Assembly: GCA_040437565.1 (NCBI GenBank)
Contig: JBDOQK010000054.1
Location: 124,001-188,000, forward strand
From: Albugo candida
Lineage: Eukaryota
Length of the DNA: 64,000 nt
Direction: 5' to 3'
Shown here: one piece after another, positions 1 to 12,305 of the stretch
Position numbering within the stretch: the first letter of the stretch is position 1
Layout of the letters: the number at the start of each line of letters is the position of its first letter
Program-made: the position numbers and the translations under genes
The notes under the pieces: model-generated
Seen by the model: the letters and a program-made list of their open reading frames with translations, nothing else
Told to the model about the DNA's origin: nothing
The model's database searches: none

Positions 1-10
1 TACTGTTTAA

Positions 11-645
<635 letters not shown>

Positions 646-725
646 AGCGCAAATTTTACTCAACATAGCGTTTCACACATCAATTAGCCCTACTATTAAT
701 TTGCATCTTAAATTAGCTCGACTAC

Positions 726-2884
726 ATGAAAAATTTGCTTCGCCTTTCGTTACATGAAAAAGTGTCATTTTTCTATTGCGCGTATATAAGTGAGCAATCT
801 CTCGATAAAGAAGTTGATCGAGAGGCTATAAAGAGATGGGACAAAATACGTGCATCCAGTCGAAAATCTCGCGAACGCATCGCGTATCTCTTCTGTCAAG
901 TCCAAAATGTATCGGCTTCCGATGTCCGTCATCTCGATGCGACGTACCGAGCCAAACGTGAGCTCGTGTTACTCTCCGAAGGTACAATAGGAGGCATAGA
1001 GTCCAATACGCATTCATATACCACCGTAAAGCCTTTTGCGCAATTCGATACAGCCAAACGGTACAATGAGTACATGCAAGAATGCGGCGCAGTCGAAGTC
1101 TATGTCGCGCTTTTGCTCCAATCAATATACGATCTCGAGCAAATTAACTTGCAGCATACGGACCAAGATAAATATCAATCAATGACAATGTCTCTTCAAA
1201 CAAATTTGGTGCTTGTGTACCTTCTAATTGTATTTAATCGCGACCGGCAATTAGGGACATTTGATCGTCAGATGTATGCGCTTGGAGTTCGAGGTCCGAC
1301 ATTCGCGTTGACAGCTATTATGGAATGTTTAGAGAAGTTTCACAGTGTTCCAAGCTTTCCAACGAAAAGACTTTTAATGTTGTTTTTTGAATGGTTCAGC
1401 CTCATTTTGGGAGATCATAAAACGCTCGAAAAGCTTAAACGACGACGAAGACGTTTTAACCATACGACGAACGGTGCTATTGTCGTGAAATCCTTTGGGA
1501 ATTATCGGGATACGGCCACAGTAGATCCTCAGGACCCGTACTTGATGCCAAAGAAAAAGCTCGGGAAAGTACGTGAGCAGATACATCAGCAGTATGCTTA
1601 CCAGCCCCATTATTTGTTGCCACCTTGCACCGCTTCGTTAGAAGAATTAGCGACTTGTTCAATGGATAAACTGGATCAAGAACGCGATGATCGAATTGAA
1701 GCGATCTATCAAATATGTCTTCCCCGATTACATGCATTCGGTCCCATTCTTGCAAATTTAATCGGGATTTGCTGTGGTTCCGCACTGAATGCAAGGGAGA
1801 AGAGGACGTTTTTCACCAGGCAGCAATCTAGTGAATTTGGTGAGGTTTATGGCGATGCGAATGGCGATGCTCAGTATTGGAAATGGTTACTTCGTGAAAA
1901 AGCTATATTACTCGATATATCGTGCTTGCTTTTGTTACTGATGCACAAGCATTTTCGGGCAAGCCATGCGTACAAAGCAGAGTATCTGATGCAGTTTTTA
2001 TTAGAGGCAAACATGCTTGCAACGTTGACAAAGTTCATGAACAAAGACTTGGCAACGTACCTGCAAGTGATTCGCCAAGAAAAGGATGATAGGAACACTG
2101 GATTTGGTCTTTTGGAGCGTGAATGTATGAAAAAAAGTATCAAATTTGACGACGACATGGCCGAGTATGCAATACCGCCTACACGCACCATCACGAGCAT
2201 CCTTCGATTATTGCAGAAACTCACCAAAAGAAAGCCAAATATCATCAAAAATATGCTTTGCCGAAGTGCATCGATTGTATGGCTCAAGGTACACCCTTCG
2301 TTTCAAATTGCCACAGTACTTATCTCTATTCCGTAGCGTGTTGTCGCCCTCAGCATCCCTCTTCCTCGGTTGTATGCATTGAAACTGGTCAAATCTCAAG
2401 CCAAATATCTCGGTCATCAGGTTTCTTTATCGAACTCTTCCATTTTTTTTAGTCGTAACGAGTCTCTTTGTAGTGGCTTCGAAAGTACACATGCTTGAAT
2501 CTTCTCACAGAAATCTATCTATACGTTCGACCAGAGCTTGAAGATGACTGGCTTCGGTACGAAGATGAAGATCTGAATAAAGCTCCCTTGCAAGAGAACA
2601 TCGAGCGCCTTCTATTCGGAGAAGTGCAAGCATACCACCACAAGTATTACTGGGACACTGGGCTCTCGAAATCCACACATACTCAGCAGCTATCGCTGGC
2701 TGCAGAGACCCGAATACAGCTCGAGAAAGCTGCTTTGCTAGTGGATGGAGATCCCATAACGAGTTTTTATGAGGCTCTGAGACTTGATACCGTGAGCTTT
2801 AGCCAGCAATATGAGAAATGGCTCGATAAGGAGGGGATCCTAGCGGAGAAGAATGATGTTGCACTTCCAGTTGCGTTTACTTAA
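726..2884 (+). CDS. STRIP1/2 (FAM40/Far11)-family striatin-interacting protein, spliced at the 3' end; start uncertain
   Basis: LLLMHKHFRASHAYKAEYLMQFLLEAN..KFMNKD, LRLLQKLTK, spliced LYALKLVKSQAKYLG and EIYLYVRPELEDDW match the conserved C-terminal domain of STRIP/Far11. Confidence 0.8.
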
Positions 2885-3496
2885 AAAGATAAGCACGGTA
2901 GTACACCATCACCCTTGATGTGCTACGGGCAGTATGCTTGACTTACTTCTTGACTCACATACCTCGCAATTTGACAATCTATCAATGCTGCCACGTCATA
3001 ACGGTGTTTAATGAACGTAATCGTTTCGTGAAGCGGCACGCAGTGCATTGATTCCGGACTGAAACTTCTCAAAGTTGGGTGCTGCATTAATTTTCTAGAA
3101 GAATGAATGTACAATGTCAGACGTGGGATTTGTCATTTTATAACTTGAAGATCAATTTCTTGCGGGAAAGTAATGCCGTTCTTTTCCTAGATGAATATTC
3201 TATATGCCACGTGTCCATTTTTGCGTCAAGGGCTCGATCGAACAACGACGCGTTTAGGCGACAACTTGCTTGATTCTCATCCTTGATGGAAGGAAAGTGG
3301 CACCTTCGATTTCTTTTAGCAAATCAAATCCATTCTCGGAATGGATTTATAGTGTAGCGTTGCGCAGCGTACAAACTGACGACGCATGCGCTCGCTACCC
3401 ACCTTCCATTACTTCATTTTCTCTTTTTCATTCACGCGCGCAGCTCTCCTCAACAGCTCAACTGTTACATACGTTCTTAACGTCCTTCCAATTGTT

Positions 3497-4999
3497 ATGA
3501 AATCACGATTATTTTGGTATTTGGTTGCGGCAAGCTGTATCTCGAAATCTTTCTTGGGCTCAAATGCCGACGAAGACGCAACGACACCAGTAACTGCCCT
3601 GACTGAGGGTGAAAGCGGCAAAGAAACGCAACCAGGTGTTGAAACAGCAACGGTCCACGAAGCCGCAGTCCCTCCTTCGGCCCTAAATACTTCTGCGTCC
3701 TTGGAGAGTGCGAGTGTTCCAGACAGTGCTGTGCCTCTACAGGGAGCTGCACCACAGGATGCTTCTGCGGCTCCTGTGACACAGTCAAACCAAGAATCGC
3801 TAATCACACCGGGATTCCCGTCCAACCCATATGGCAGTAATCAGCAGCAAACATTATCACAGGCAATGTTGTCAGGTGCCTGTCTGGATGTGAGTGTTGC
3901 CACCGATGCGACTTATTGCATCCCAAACCGCGACATTTGTGTTGGTTCTGGACCGTTGCCAATATCGAAGGAGTGCCCACNNNNNNNNNNNNNNNNNNNN
4001 NNNNNNNNNNNNNNNNNNNNNNNNNNNNNNNNNNNNNNNNNNNNNNNNNNNNNNNNNNNNNNNNNNNNNNNNNNNNNNNNAGCTGCACCACAGGATGCTT
4101 CTGCGGCTCCTGTGACACAGTCAAACCAAGAATCGCTAATCACACCGGGATTCCCGTCCAACCCATATGGCAGTGATCAGCAGCAAACATTATCACAAGC
4201 AATGCTGTCAGGTGCCTGTCTGGATGTGAGTGTTGCCACCGACGCGACTTATTGCATCCCAAACCGCGACATTTGTGTTGGTTCTGGACCGATGCCAATA
4301 TCGAAGGAGTGCCCTAAGGCTGGTAACGTAGCTAGTATGGGCTGCCTCCCTACCCTCCGCAGCTTCAATTCACAGACTGGCCAATGTGTCCTGCCAGTCA
4401 GTGCTGTATGTACGCATTTTGAATCTGGTACTTGGGGATGTGCATTTGAAGGGTATGTTTCTAATGGTGGCTATGCCATGAACCAAATACCACCTCCAGG
4501 GCAGTACTCCATGCCAACGGTCAATGGCTATCCGGTTGAATCGAGTCCAATTTCTGGAGGAACGAACGGTACCGATACCAAAACTGAATCAGATTCGAAT
4601 ATCTCACCCTCTCCTGCTGACGGAGAGTCTATCAAGCCTTTTTCGAATCTTCAAGAAACCGCAACAAACTTGGAAAATAATCAACAGAGCAATCCCCAGG
4701 ACAGTAGCACCTTCAATCCTGCTAACGCCGCAATGAGTCCTCAAACGGGTACCCCAGGACCCGAAAGTACCAATAAAGAGGAAGTCACGGCTAATGAAGC
4801 CGGTACCAAAAGCAATGAAACGAAAGAGGCTGCTCCTGTCGCCGATCCGACGATAGCACAACCTGAAAAAGAAAGTGAAGCTGACAACTTGGGTGGAAAA
4901 GCGAACGACGTGCCTCCATCGCCAAAATTAAACGAAGAAGCGCAAAATGGCACCGCTCCGCAGCAATTCCCGCTCGAATCGTATCACAACAATTGCTAA
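3497..4999 (+). CDS. Secreted mucin-like protein with an oomycete cysteine-rich domain (Car/cyst-germination acidic-repeat type); spans an assembly gap
   Basis: Signal peptide MKSRLFWYLVAASCISKSFLG. Domain CLDVSVATDATYCI..ICVGSG...CPKAGNVA..CLPTLRSF...CVLPVSAVC....GTWGCAF. S/T/P/E-rich flanks. Confidence 0.8.
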   Translation: MKSRLFWYLVAASCISKSFLGSNADEDATTPVTALTEGESGKETQPGVETATVHEAAVPPSALNTSASLESASVPDSAVPLQGAAPQDASAAPVTQSNQESLITPGFPSNPYGSNQQQTLSQAMLSGACLDVSVATDATYCIPNRDICVGSGPLPISKECPXXXXXXXXXXXXXXXXXXXXXXXXXXXXXXXXXXAAPQDASAAPVTQSNQESLITPGFPSNPYGSDQQQTLSQAMLSGACLDVSVATDATYCIPNRDICVGSGPMPISKECPKAGNVASMGCLPTLRSFNSQTGQCVLPVSAVCTHFESGTWGCAFEGYVSNGGYAMNQIPPPGQYSMPTVNGYPVESSPISGGTNGTDTKTESDSNISPSPADGESIKPFSNLQETATNLENNQQSNPQDSSTFNPANAAMSPQTGTPGPESTNKEEVTANEAGTKSNETKEAAPVADPTIAQPEKESEADNLGGKANDVPPSPKLNEEAQNGTAPQQFPLESYHNNC

Positions 5000-5310
5000 C
5001 GTGGGATCTTATTTTGCTTTTATGCATATTTCCTTTTTATTGCATGATCATTCATTAAATAAAAAAAGTTTTTCTCCGCTTTTTATTGTCATTAAGTACG
5101 TAGTTAACGCATTNNNNNNNNNNNNNNNNNNNNNNNNNNNNNNNNNNNNNNNNNNNNNNNNNNNNNNNNNNNNNNNNNNNNNNNNNNNNNNNNNNNNNNN
5201 NNNNNNNNNNNNNCCGCTTTTTATTGTCATTAAGTACGTAGTTAACGCATTGTACGCCACGTACTTAACGAGATTCGTGGTGTAAAAAGCTTCCGACAAA
5301 GCTATTTCCG

Positions 5311-6830
5311 ATGGCTCTACCTGCCGCTTCCGCCGCATCGACGGCCGCTGAGAAAGCTTCGCAGCAGTATCTCGAATGCAGACGTAAAGTCACGTCCATC
5401 TTGGAAGAAATTAAAGGATATGATGCTTCCATGGAGGATCTTTTCACTCAATTAACAAGACTGCAATCGTTGGGTCATACAAAGAGCATCGGTACCATAC
5501 AAGCCACTGTTGTAGAAGCGAAGGAGAAAGTTCCAGATCTGAAAAATGCAGTTGTCATGGTTCGTTTGGATCACGAGATTCAGGAAGATGTAGAAGAGAT
5601 CAAGCCGTCCCAAAGCTCCGAGGTACTCGAACCCTCGCATGACGCTTCAGAATCAAGTGAAGAGATTCAAGCAGATGAGAACGTTGAAGGCGAGCTCGAG
5701 AAGCCATTCACACAAAAAATCAAGGGTGAAACCATGGTCGTAAAGTGGGATGACCAAGCTGCATTTCCAGCGACAATACTATTTGATCCCGTTCTGTCAC
5801 GCGAGGCTGTGGTGACCATTTCAATAAGTGGTTCTCCTGTAGATGAAAATGATTTGAGAGTGCAGGAAAGATCAATTATGAAGGAATCTCAATTTCCTTC
5901 ATAATTGATCTTTCCTGCACTCTCAAATCATTTTCATCTACAGGAGAACCACTTATTNNNNNNNNNNNNNNNNNNNNNNNNNNNNNNNNNNNNNNNNNNN
6001 NNNNNNNNNNNNNNNNNNNNNNNNNNNNNNNNNNNNNNNNNNNNNNNNNNNNNNNNNTAAAGTGGGATGACCAAGCTGCATTTCCAGCGACAATACTATT
6101 TGATCCCGTTCTGTCACGCGAGGCTGTGGTGACCATTTCAATAAGTGGTTCTCCTGTAGATGAAAATGATTTGAGAGTGCAGGAAAGATCAATTATGAAG
6201 GAAATTGAGATTCCTGTCTCGTCACTATTTGAAAATAATATTTACGATCAGTGGATTCCTATCAAATTGGAAATGGAAGTGAGTGATGCAACGGATGACA
6301 ATCAGCCTCCTTCACCGGCAACCGCAGCGGAGAAGACAAACCTTGATTCGAGTGAGCCAAAGATGGACCCAAGCACAGAAGATCACGAATCATCTGACTC
6401 CAACATCGAGCAAACTTCTGTCACGACACATGCGGATATATTAAAAGAAAAAATACCAAAATTGCATGTTCAGGTGCAATTTACAATCTCTGAAAATGAG
6501 GCAATCAATCTCAAAGCTATTGAGTTGTCCAAAAAGAAGCAAGAAGCAGGATCCACATTGGAAACGCTCGAAAACGAGGCAACCTTATTACGATCGAAAT
6601 ACGAACGTCTTTCTGCTGTTCATCGTACACTCCTCACAGCCAATAAAACGTCAAATCTTATGGAAAGAATTGCAGCAAATAAAGCCGTAGTCAAGAGTCC
6701 GCTGAAACAGCTTCAGGACTCGATCTGCTCTGCTTTCACACCTGAGCGTCGACAAATAATATTCAGCTTCGCCATGTTTACTGGTAGTGTCGCCCTATTC
6801 CATTTCCACGGCGAGAAATTACTAGCTTGA
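5311..6830 (+). CDS. Coiled-coil protein with possible degenerate C2-like domain and a C-terminal transmembrane segment; interrupted by a gap with overlap
   Basis: ORFs 5311-5904 and 6126-6830 join through duplicated sequence around the gap. Beta-strand patterns (EIPVSSL..IYDQWIPI, KLHVQVQFT), heptad stretches, and hydrophobic tail IIFSFAMFTGSVALFHF. Confidence 0.6.
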
Positions 6831-6977
6831 TACCAAAAGTTCAATTCTCTTCATTTTGCATTCTTTTGTAAACGTCACATTGAATGCTCTTTTTTCCGAC
6901 CGCCTAAATGTATTTAAACCAACCAAATACACGCATTCGTCGAATCCACCAATCACTGTTCATTAAAATCAGAAGAA

Positions 6978-7995
6978 ATGGCAAAAAATGCGCCGGGGCC
7001 GGCAACGAATCTCGAAAGCATTATAATGGACGGAAGAAAGGTTGTGAAGCAAAGATTTTACATCCATCTCATTGTACGCGTTTTGTAGGTATCTTTTCGA
7101 TACAAAGATATCAACAGCCACTTTATCTGTACACTGTGCAACGGATATTTTCGCGACGCACATACCATCAAAGAATGCTTACATACGTGTGAGTGAATCG
7201 CATTCGTATTAGACCGCCTTTACAGCCAACTTTATAGTTTGTAATGGGTGTATTCGGTCGTACTTTTGGAGGAATCCGGAAGCTGATAGGTGTCCTACAT
7301 GCTCGGTCCATCTTGGCGTTAAACCTTGGACCCAGCTCATGTGCGCTACAACCACTCTGATCCTCTGAATAACGTGCTCAAATCTACTCTGTTAGCTCCG
7401 ACCCTGCCGCCCAAGGTTTGGTCAGTAAAATCATTCCAGATGTCACACAACAAGAAAGGAAAGAAGGTGGGAACTTCATTTTTAAGACGCATACTTTTTG
7501 TGACACAATGGCTAGAATTGAAATTTTATAAACAATTGGGTATAAAGCGCAAAGAATTGATCCGAGAAACAAAAGCGCATGCAGGTGTTCGAATCAAACG
7601 GACACGTGCTGTACGTCGTCTTCAATTCGAAGTGCATCCACAGCGAAGGTATCGTACATCCATCTCAACAGCAAGCAGAGTTTGAGACTCTTTTGTAGTC
7701 CACAGCTTCCGTTATTCTTCCAGCTTGATCGCCTCAAAGTACCTTACATGAACACAGAATCAACGTTCAAGGTTGTAAGAGCACGTCGATGTGCGTGATT
7801 GCTCACATATTGCTGTAGATTTTGTATCTGAAGAAATTTGTTGCCAAACAGTTGCATTTACCCAATTTCAACCAAATTCAAGTTTTGTGTGATGGCGTTC
7901 CTGTGGGTGCGGAGTACTCACTTGATTTCATTGTTCGGACGAAATGGAAGAATCGATCCAGCAAACTCATTTTAGAATATCGACGACAGCTGTAA
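6978..7995 (+). CDS. Polycomb-group RING finger (PCGF/BMI1/DRIP-like) protein: RING plus RAWUL, multi-exon, mostly missed by the ORF track
   Basis: Spliced: MAKNAPGPATNLESIIMDGRK / VSFRYKDINSHFICTLCNGYFRDAHTIKECLHT / FCNGCIRSYF...RCPTCSVHLG / ...FYKQLGIK... / ILYLKKFVAKQL..IQVLCDGVPVGAEYSLDFIVRTKW....LILEYR*. C3HC4 RING with PCGF-type CxLCxGYFxDAxTIxECLHTFC and a C-terminal RAWUL pattern. Confidence 0.85.
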
Positions 7996-8019
7996 TGACC
8001 GAGTGAGTCTGTGCTCGAC

Positions 8020-9444
8020 TCACCGCTGCTCAGTTGACGTGTTCCTCCTATAATTACTTTGTAAATCTCCATGCTGAAGTGCAATCACTGTGTGTGCGAT
8101 GGATGTGATACCATCGAGTGAGGAATGCTGAGTTTGCATAAATTGGGACTTGGCTGGAGTAAGTAAGGTTTGAATCGAGGCCAGTTTCTCCTTCACGAGT
8201 GGAAGCGATCGGAAAGGTGCGATTTCGTCGCTGATGGTTCGCGGTAATGTGAGGCTGTTGAACGAAGGTATTCGGTATTGTGATGAAATCTGTGCGATAT
8301 CACCAGAAGGAACCACACATATATTAACTGGAAGAGATGATGATCCATCGGTATCCGCAACATTCTCGATAGCTGGCCAATCTCGAATCAGATGTCGTAT
8401 AGCGCACGAGTTTCGTTTCTGAAATCGTGACAACAAATTTCGAGCATCATCTACAGCGATATTTGGAAGCTTTATGAGTGCTGCTCGCTGAATCAGACTA
8501 ATGAGCTCTTCGAATGCCATAGGCACACCCAAATGTGCATGGTCACCTACGATCCGCACAATCAGAGCCTCGTCATTTGGTTGGAAGTAAACTCCCATAC
8601 CCTCATGATTTTTGTTACAAAGTGCTCTCTTCCGTATTCGACGATGAAGTGCAGCAAAATGGACGCCATAAACTCTCGCGGCTGCCCGAAGACTCATTCC
8701 TTGTTCCTCCACCGATGCAATCGCTTTAGCCCACGTCTCGGGGGTTACAGTGTAACTCTGCCGATACCCACGGTTACTATCACATCCATCCGATACTTTT
8801 TCCTCCCTTGACCCGCTCTGACTTCCGTCCATAATACCTTCGTTTGTATTGGCACTATCTCCTCCACTTGTGATCCCACTGTCCATACTGTCGCAACTGC
8901 TAATGCTGCTGGTCGACCGATCCGCATGCTTTGACTTATCAGCTATATTTCTCGATAAATACTGGTCACTGGTTATATGAGATTCCGATTCCACTAATAA
9001 CTTGAGATCCGACATGTTATGATTGCTGTTATGATCGTCTTGCGAACTGGGAAATCGTAAACCGTGGGATGAGAATCCATGAATTCGTTTGAATTGTTTT
9101 ATCCAATCATCAGGTGGGAAGCCAGAAGGGATTGGTCGACATCCGCCCTGACTGCAGATAGCGCGGACTACCATACGGACATTGTCGGACCCAACGCGTC
9201 TTACGTGCATATACTGGTCGCGTAAGACAGCGAGCACTTCTGCTTCATCGCGAAGTGATAGATACTGATGCATTGTTGACTGCGTGGAGGGGGTGAGTCT
9301 ACTTCTGCTGCGAATTCGTCGATGTAGTGACATGTGGTGAACACCGTAGCGCTGCGCCGCGCGTCGGAGACTCATTTTCTCGACATTTACGGCGTGGATT
9401 GCATTCATCCATACATCTTCACTTACTGTGCTTGATCGAGGCAT
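8020..9444 (-). CDS. Protein with two psq-HTH/CENP-B-type HTH modules and no DDE domain (likely domesticated pogo/Tigger-type DNA-binding protein)
   Basis: AIHAVNVEKMSLRRAAQRYGVHHMSLHRRIR and AIASVEEQGMSLRAAARVYGVHFAALHRRIR, each followed by a CENP-B-like segment (LSLRDEAEVL...WIKQFKRIH; FQPNDEALIV...RFQKRN). Intact 474-aa ORF. Confidence 0.8.
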   Translation of the reverse strand: MPRSSTVSEDVWMNAIHAVNVEKMSLRRAAQRYGVHHMSLHRRIRSRSRLTPSTQSTMHQYLSLRDEAEVLAVLRDQYMHVRRVGSDNVRMVVRAICSQGGCRPIPSGFPPDDWIKQFKRIHGFSSHGLRFPSSQDDHNSNHNMSDLKLLVESESHITSDQYLSRNIADKSKHADRSTSSISSCDSMDSGITSGGDSANTNEGIMDGSQSGSREEKVSDGCDSNRGYRQSYTVTPETWAKAIASVEEQGMSLRAAARVYGVHFAALHRRIRKRALCNKNHEGMGVYFQPNDEALIVRIVGDHAHLGVPMAFEELISLIQRAALIKLPNIAVDDARNLLSRFQKRNSCAIRHLIRDWPAIENVADTDGSSSLPVNICVVPSGDIAQISSQYRIPSFNSLTLPRTISDEIAPFRSLPLVKEKLASIQTLLTPAKSQFMQTQHSSLDGITSIAHTVIALQHGDLQSNYRRNTSTEQR

Positions 9445-11576
9445 TATGTCGGATATTGTCCAGATTTTACGATGGATAATTTTGGGAATTTAGGAAAAGT
9501 TGTGTCTTTATTGCGTCATATACCAAAGTGTTATTAAAAGAATGTGCAGCTGTCGAAGAGGGATGACCTCACAGTACGTCCGACACCGTAAAATGTACCA
9601 GTACTTCGGTACACATAATGAGATTAAACGGAGTTTTATACAGCTATCGATGATGGAAAAATACTGCTGCGTTGCCAGAGAGGATAACGTTACGTAGAAT
9701 AACGGGACATTTCATCGCTGACGTTTCAGGCAACCTGGATATTGCGTTCTACATTGATTTTGTGGAAAGCTTCTAGAATGTAAACTGTACTGAAACCGGT
9801 GTTTTTATCGGTAAGGACTGATGAAAAATCAGTGCTCGTTGTAGGATCCGACCCAACGCTCTCATATAAAAAGTAAATAATGTGCTGTAACACCAACTAA
9901 AAACAATGGTGCGACACAAAGTCCGACCTCTATTTCTTATTGTCTCTTTGATGCAATACGTCATGCTGCTGCAATCTTTCAGTTGTCCAGTTTCCATCAA
10001 TTTTGACATAGAGTACGACACTCGATGACATCCGCGTTTGGACTTGTTACGTCTGCACTTGGCTTTTTGCAATGTATGATAACAACCGGTCTGGTAGACG
10101 TATGCGTCATCATCTTATGACACTGGAAAGGATTTATTTGGATCGAATAGAGCGAGCAGAGCATTTATACAGAGCTCTACTAGAGGAAGAGAAGCGACTC
10201 GAATATCAAAAAGCTTCTTTGGAATCTTGTGAACAAACCAAAGATAGCAAGAAAGGGACTGAAGAGTCGAAAGGTGGAAAGGATGAGGCATTCATGGCCA
10301 GTAATCTCAATAATGGCNNNNNNNNNNNNNNNNNNNNNNNNNNNNNNNNNNNNNNNNNNNNNNNNNNNNNNNNNNNNNNNNNNNNNNNNNNNNNNNNNNN
10401 NNNNNNNNNNNNNNNNNTAGCGCGGACTACCATACGGACATTGTCGGACCCAACGCGTCTTACGTGCATATACTGGTCGCGTAAGACAGCGAGCACTTCT
10501 GCTTCATCGCGAAGTGATAGATACTGATGCATTGTTGACTGCGTGGAGGGGGTGAGTCTACTTCTGCTGCGAATTCGTCGATGTAGTGACATGTGGTGAA
10601 CACCGTAGCGCTGCGCCGCGCGTCGGAGACTCATTTTCTCGACATTTACGGCGTGGATTGCATTCATCCATACATCTTCACTTACTGTGCTTGATCGAGG
10701 CATTATGTCGGATATTGTCCAGATTTTACGATGGATAATTTTGGGAATTTAGGAAAAGTTGTGTCTTTATTGCGTCATATACCAAAGTGTTATTAAAAGA
10801 ATGTGCAGCTGTCGAAGAGGGATGACCTCACAGTACGTCCGACACCGTAAAATGTACCAGTACTTCGGTACACATAATGAGATTAAACGGAGTTTTATAC
10901 AGCTATCGATGATGGAAAAATACTGCTGCGTTGCCAGAGAGGATAACGTTACGTAGAATAACGGGACATTTCATCGCTGACGTTTCAGGCAACCTGGATA
11001 TTGCGTTCTACATTGATTTTGTGGAAAGCTTCTAGAATGTAAACTGTACTGAAACCGGTGTTTTTATCGGTAAGGACTGATGAAAAATCAGTGCTCGTTG
11101 TAGGATCCGACCCAACGCTCTCATATAAAAAGTAAATAATGTGCTGTAACACCAACTAAAAACAATGGTGCGACACAAAGTCCGACCTCTATTTCTTATT
11201 GTCTCTTTGATGCAATACGTCATGCTGCTGCAATCTTTCAGTTGTCCAGTTTCCATCAATTTTGACATAGAGTACGACACTCGATGACATCCGCGTTTGG
11301 ACTTGTTACGTCTGCACTTGGCTTTTTGCAATGTATGATAACAACCGGTCTGGTAGACGTATGCGTCATCATCTTATGACACTGGAAAGGATTTATTTGG
11401 ATCGAATAGAGCGAGCAGAGCATTTATACAGAGCTCTACTAGAGGAAGAGAAGCGACTCGAATATCAAAAAGCTTCTTTGGAATCTTGTGAACAAACCAA
11501 AGATAGCAAGAAAGGGACTGAAGAGTCGAAAGGTGGAAAGGATGAGGCATTCATGGCCAGTAATCTCAATAATGGC
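9159..11576. repeat. ~1.16-kb direct duplication flanking a 100-N gap (9159-10317 = 10418-11576); probable assembly overlap
   Basis: Identical ORF translations on both sides, and the duplicate begins exactly at the gap edge. The same pattern occurs at the gaps near 5.1, 6.0, 19.5, 27.9, 29.6, 41.2 and 58.5 kb. Confidence 0.9.
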
Positions 11577-11825
11577 GCTGGGAGCCATTATCCAGAAGCG
11601 TTTGTCACCTCGGCCAATGCAATAGAAATAACGCCTTCTTCCAGGCCGTTACCATCGCACGGGATCGCTGGAGGGTCAACAATAGCAAATACGGTTCAAT
11701 CGACGACCTCTAAAGCGGATTTCATCTCAATTGGATTGATTTTATGCGTTATACCCGTGGTTGCAATTGTTGGGATTTTCTGTCTTTCACGAAAGCGACA
11801 GCGTTCGTTCAATATTTATAACTGA
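11165..11825 (+). CDS. Hypothetical type I membrane protein (signal peptide, coiled coil, C-terminal TM), 2 exons
   Basis: Exon 1 MVRHKVRPLFLIVSLMQYVMLLQSFSCPVSINFDI(E) splices (gtacga...tggtag) in frame into RMRHHLMTLERIY.... TM ISIGLILCVIPVVAIVGIFCL is followed by RKRQR. Confidence 0.65.
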
Positions 11826-12305
11826 TATAAAGTATAGTTAAGAACCAAATTGTGAATGGAAATATGTTTTCGGACGCCTTTGATACGCGAAGAAAAGAAT
11901 GTGCTGCTGTTTTCCTATCGCTGTAAATTCGCTTATGCTGTCATTTTATAGGATTACAATGAGCTACTCGAGAGATGCGCGATCCTTGAGCAAAAGATCA
12001 GACAAAAGAGGATAGAGAATAAGTGCGTTACAAAGGCTACTATCCACAATGCTGAACACTTTGTGCACGCAGCTATCTTCTTGATGAATTATCTCAGTAC
12101 AATCCGAGCGATTTCGATTCGGATTCGGAGGGAGAGCGACTAACTGGTACCTCTTCGATTTTAAATCAGGTTAACGCAGCGCTCCAGCATGAAAAAAACA
12201 GCAAACAAGAGTGATGGATAAACACATGACTCTCTAAAGTCAATAAGTGATCATATTTTCATCACATTTATAAATACAATGGAAAGGTGCATAAAGATCT
12301 AATGA

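Noticed and set aside
5823-5957. Perfect ~65-bp inverted repeat (apparent long hairpin)
   Set aside because: It sits at a contig end, inside coding sequence that continues normally after the gap (6058 onward). This is typical of a fold-back chimeric read, not a real structure.
9159-11576. Apparent tandem duplication of the psq gene 5' end and its neighbour
   Set aside because: The copies look identical and abut a 100-N gap, indicating an unmerged contig overlap.
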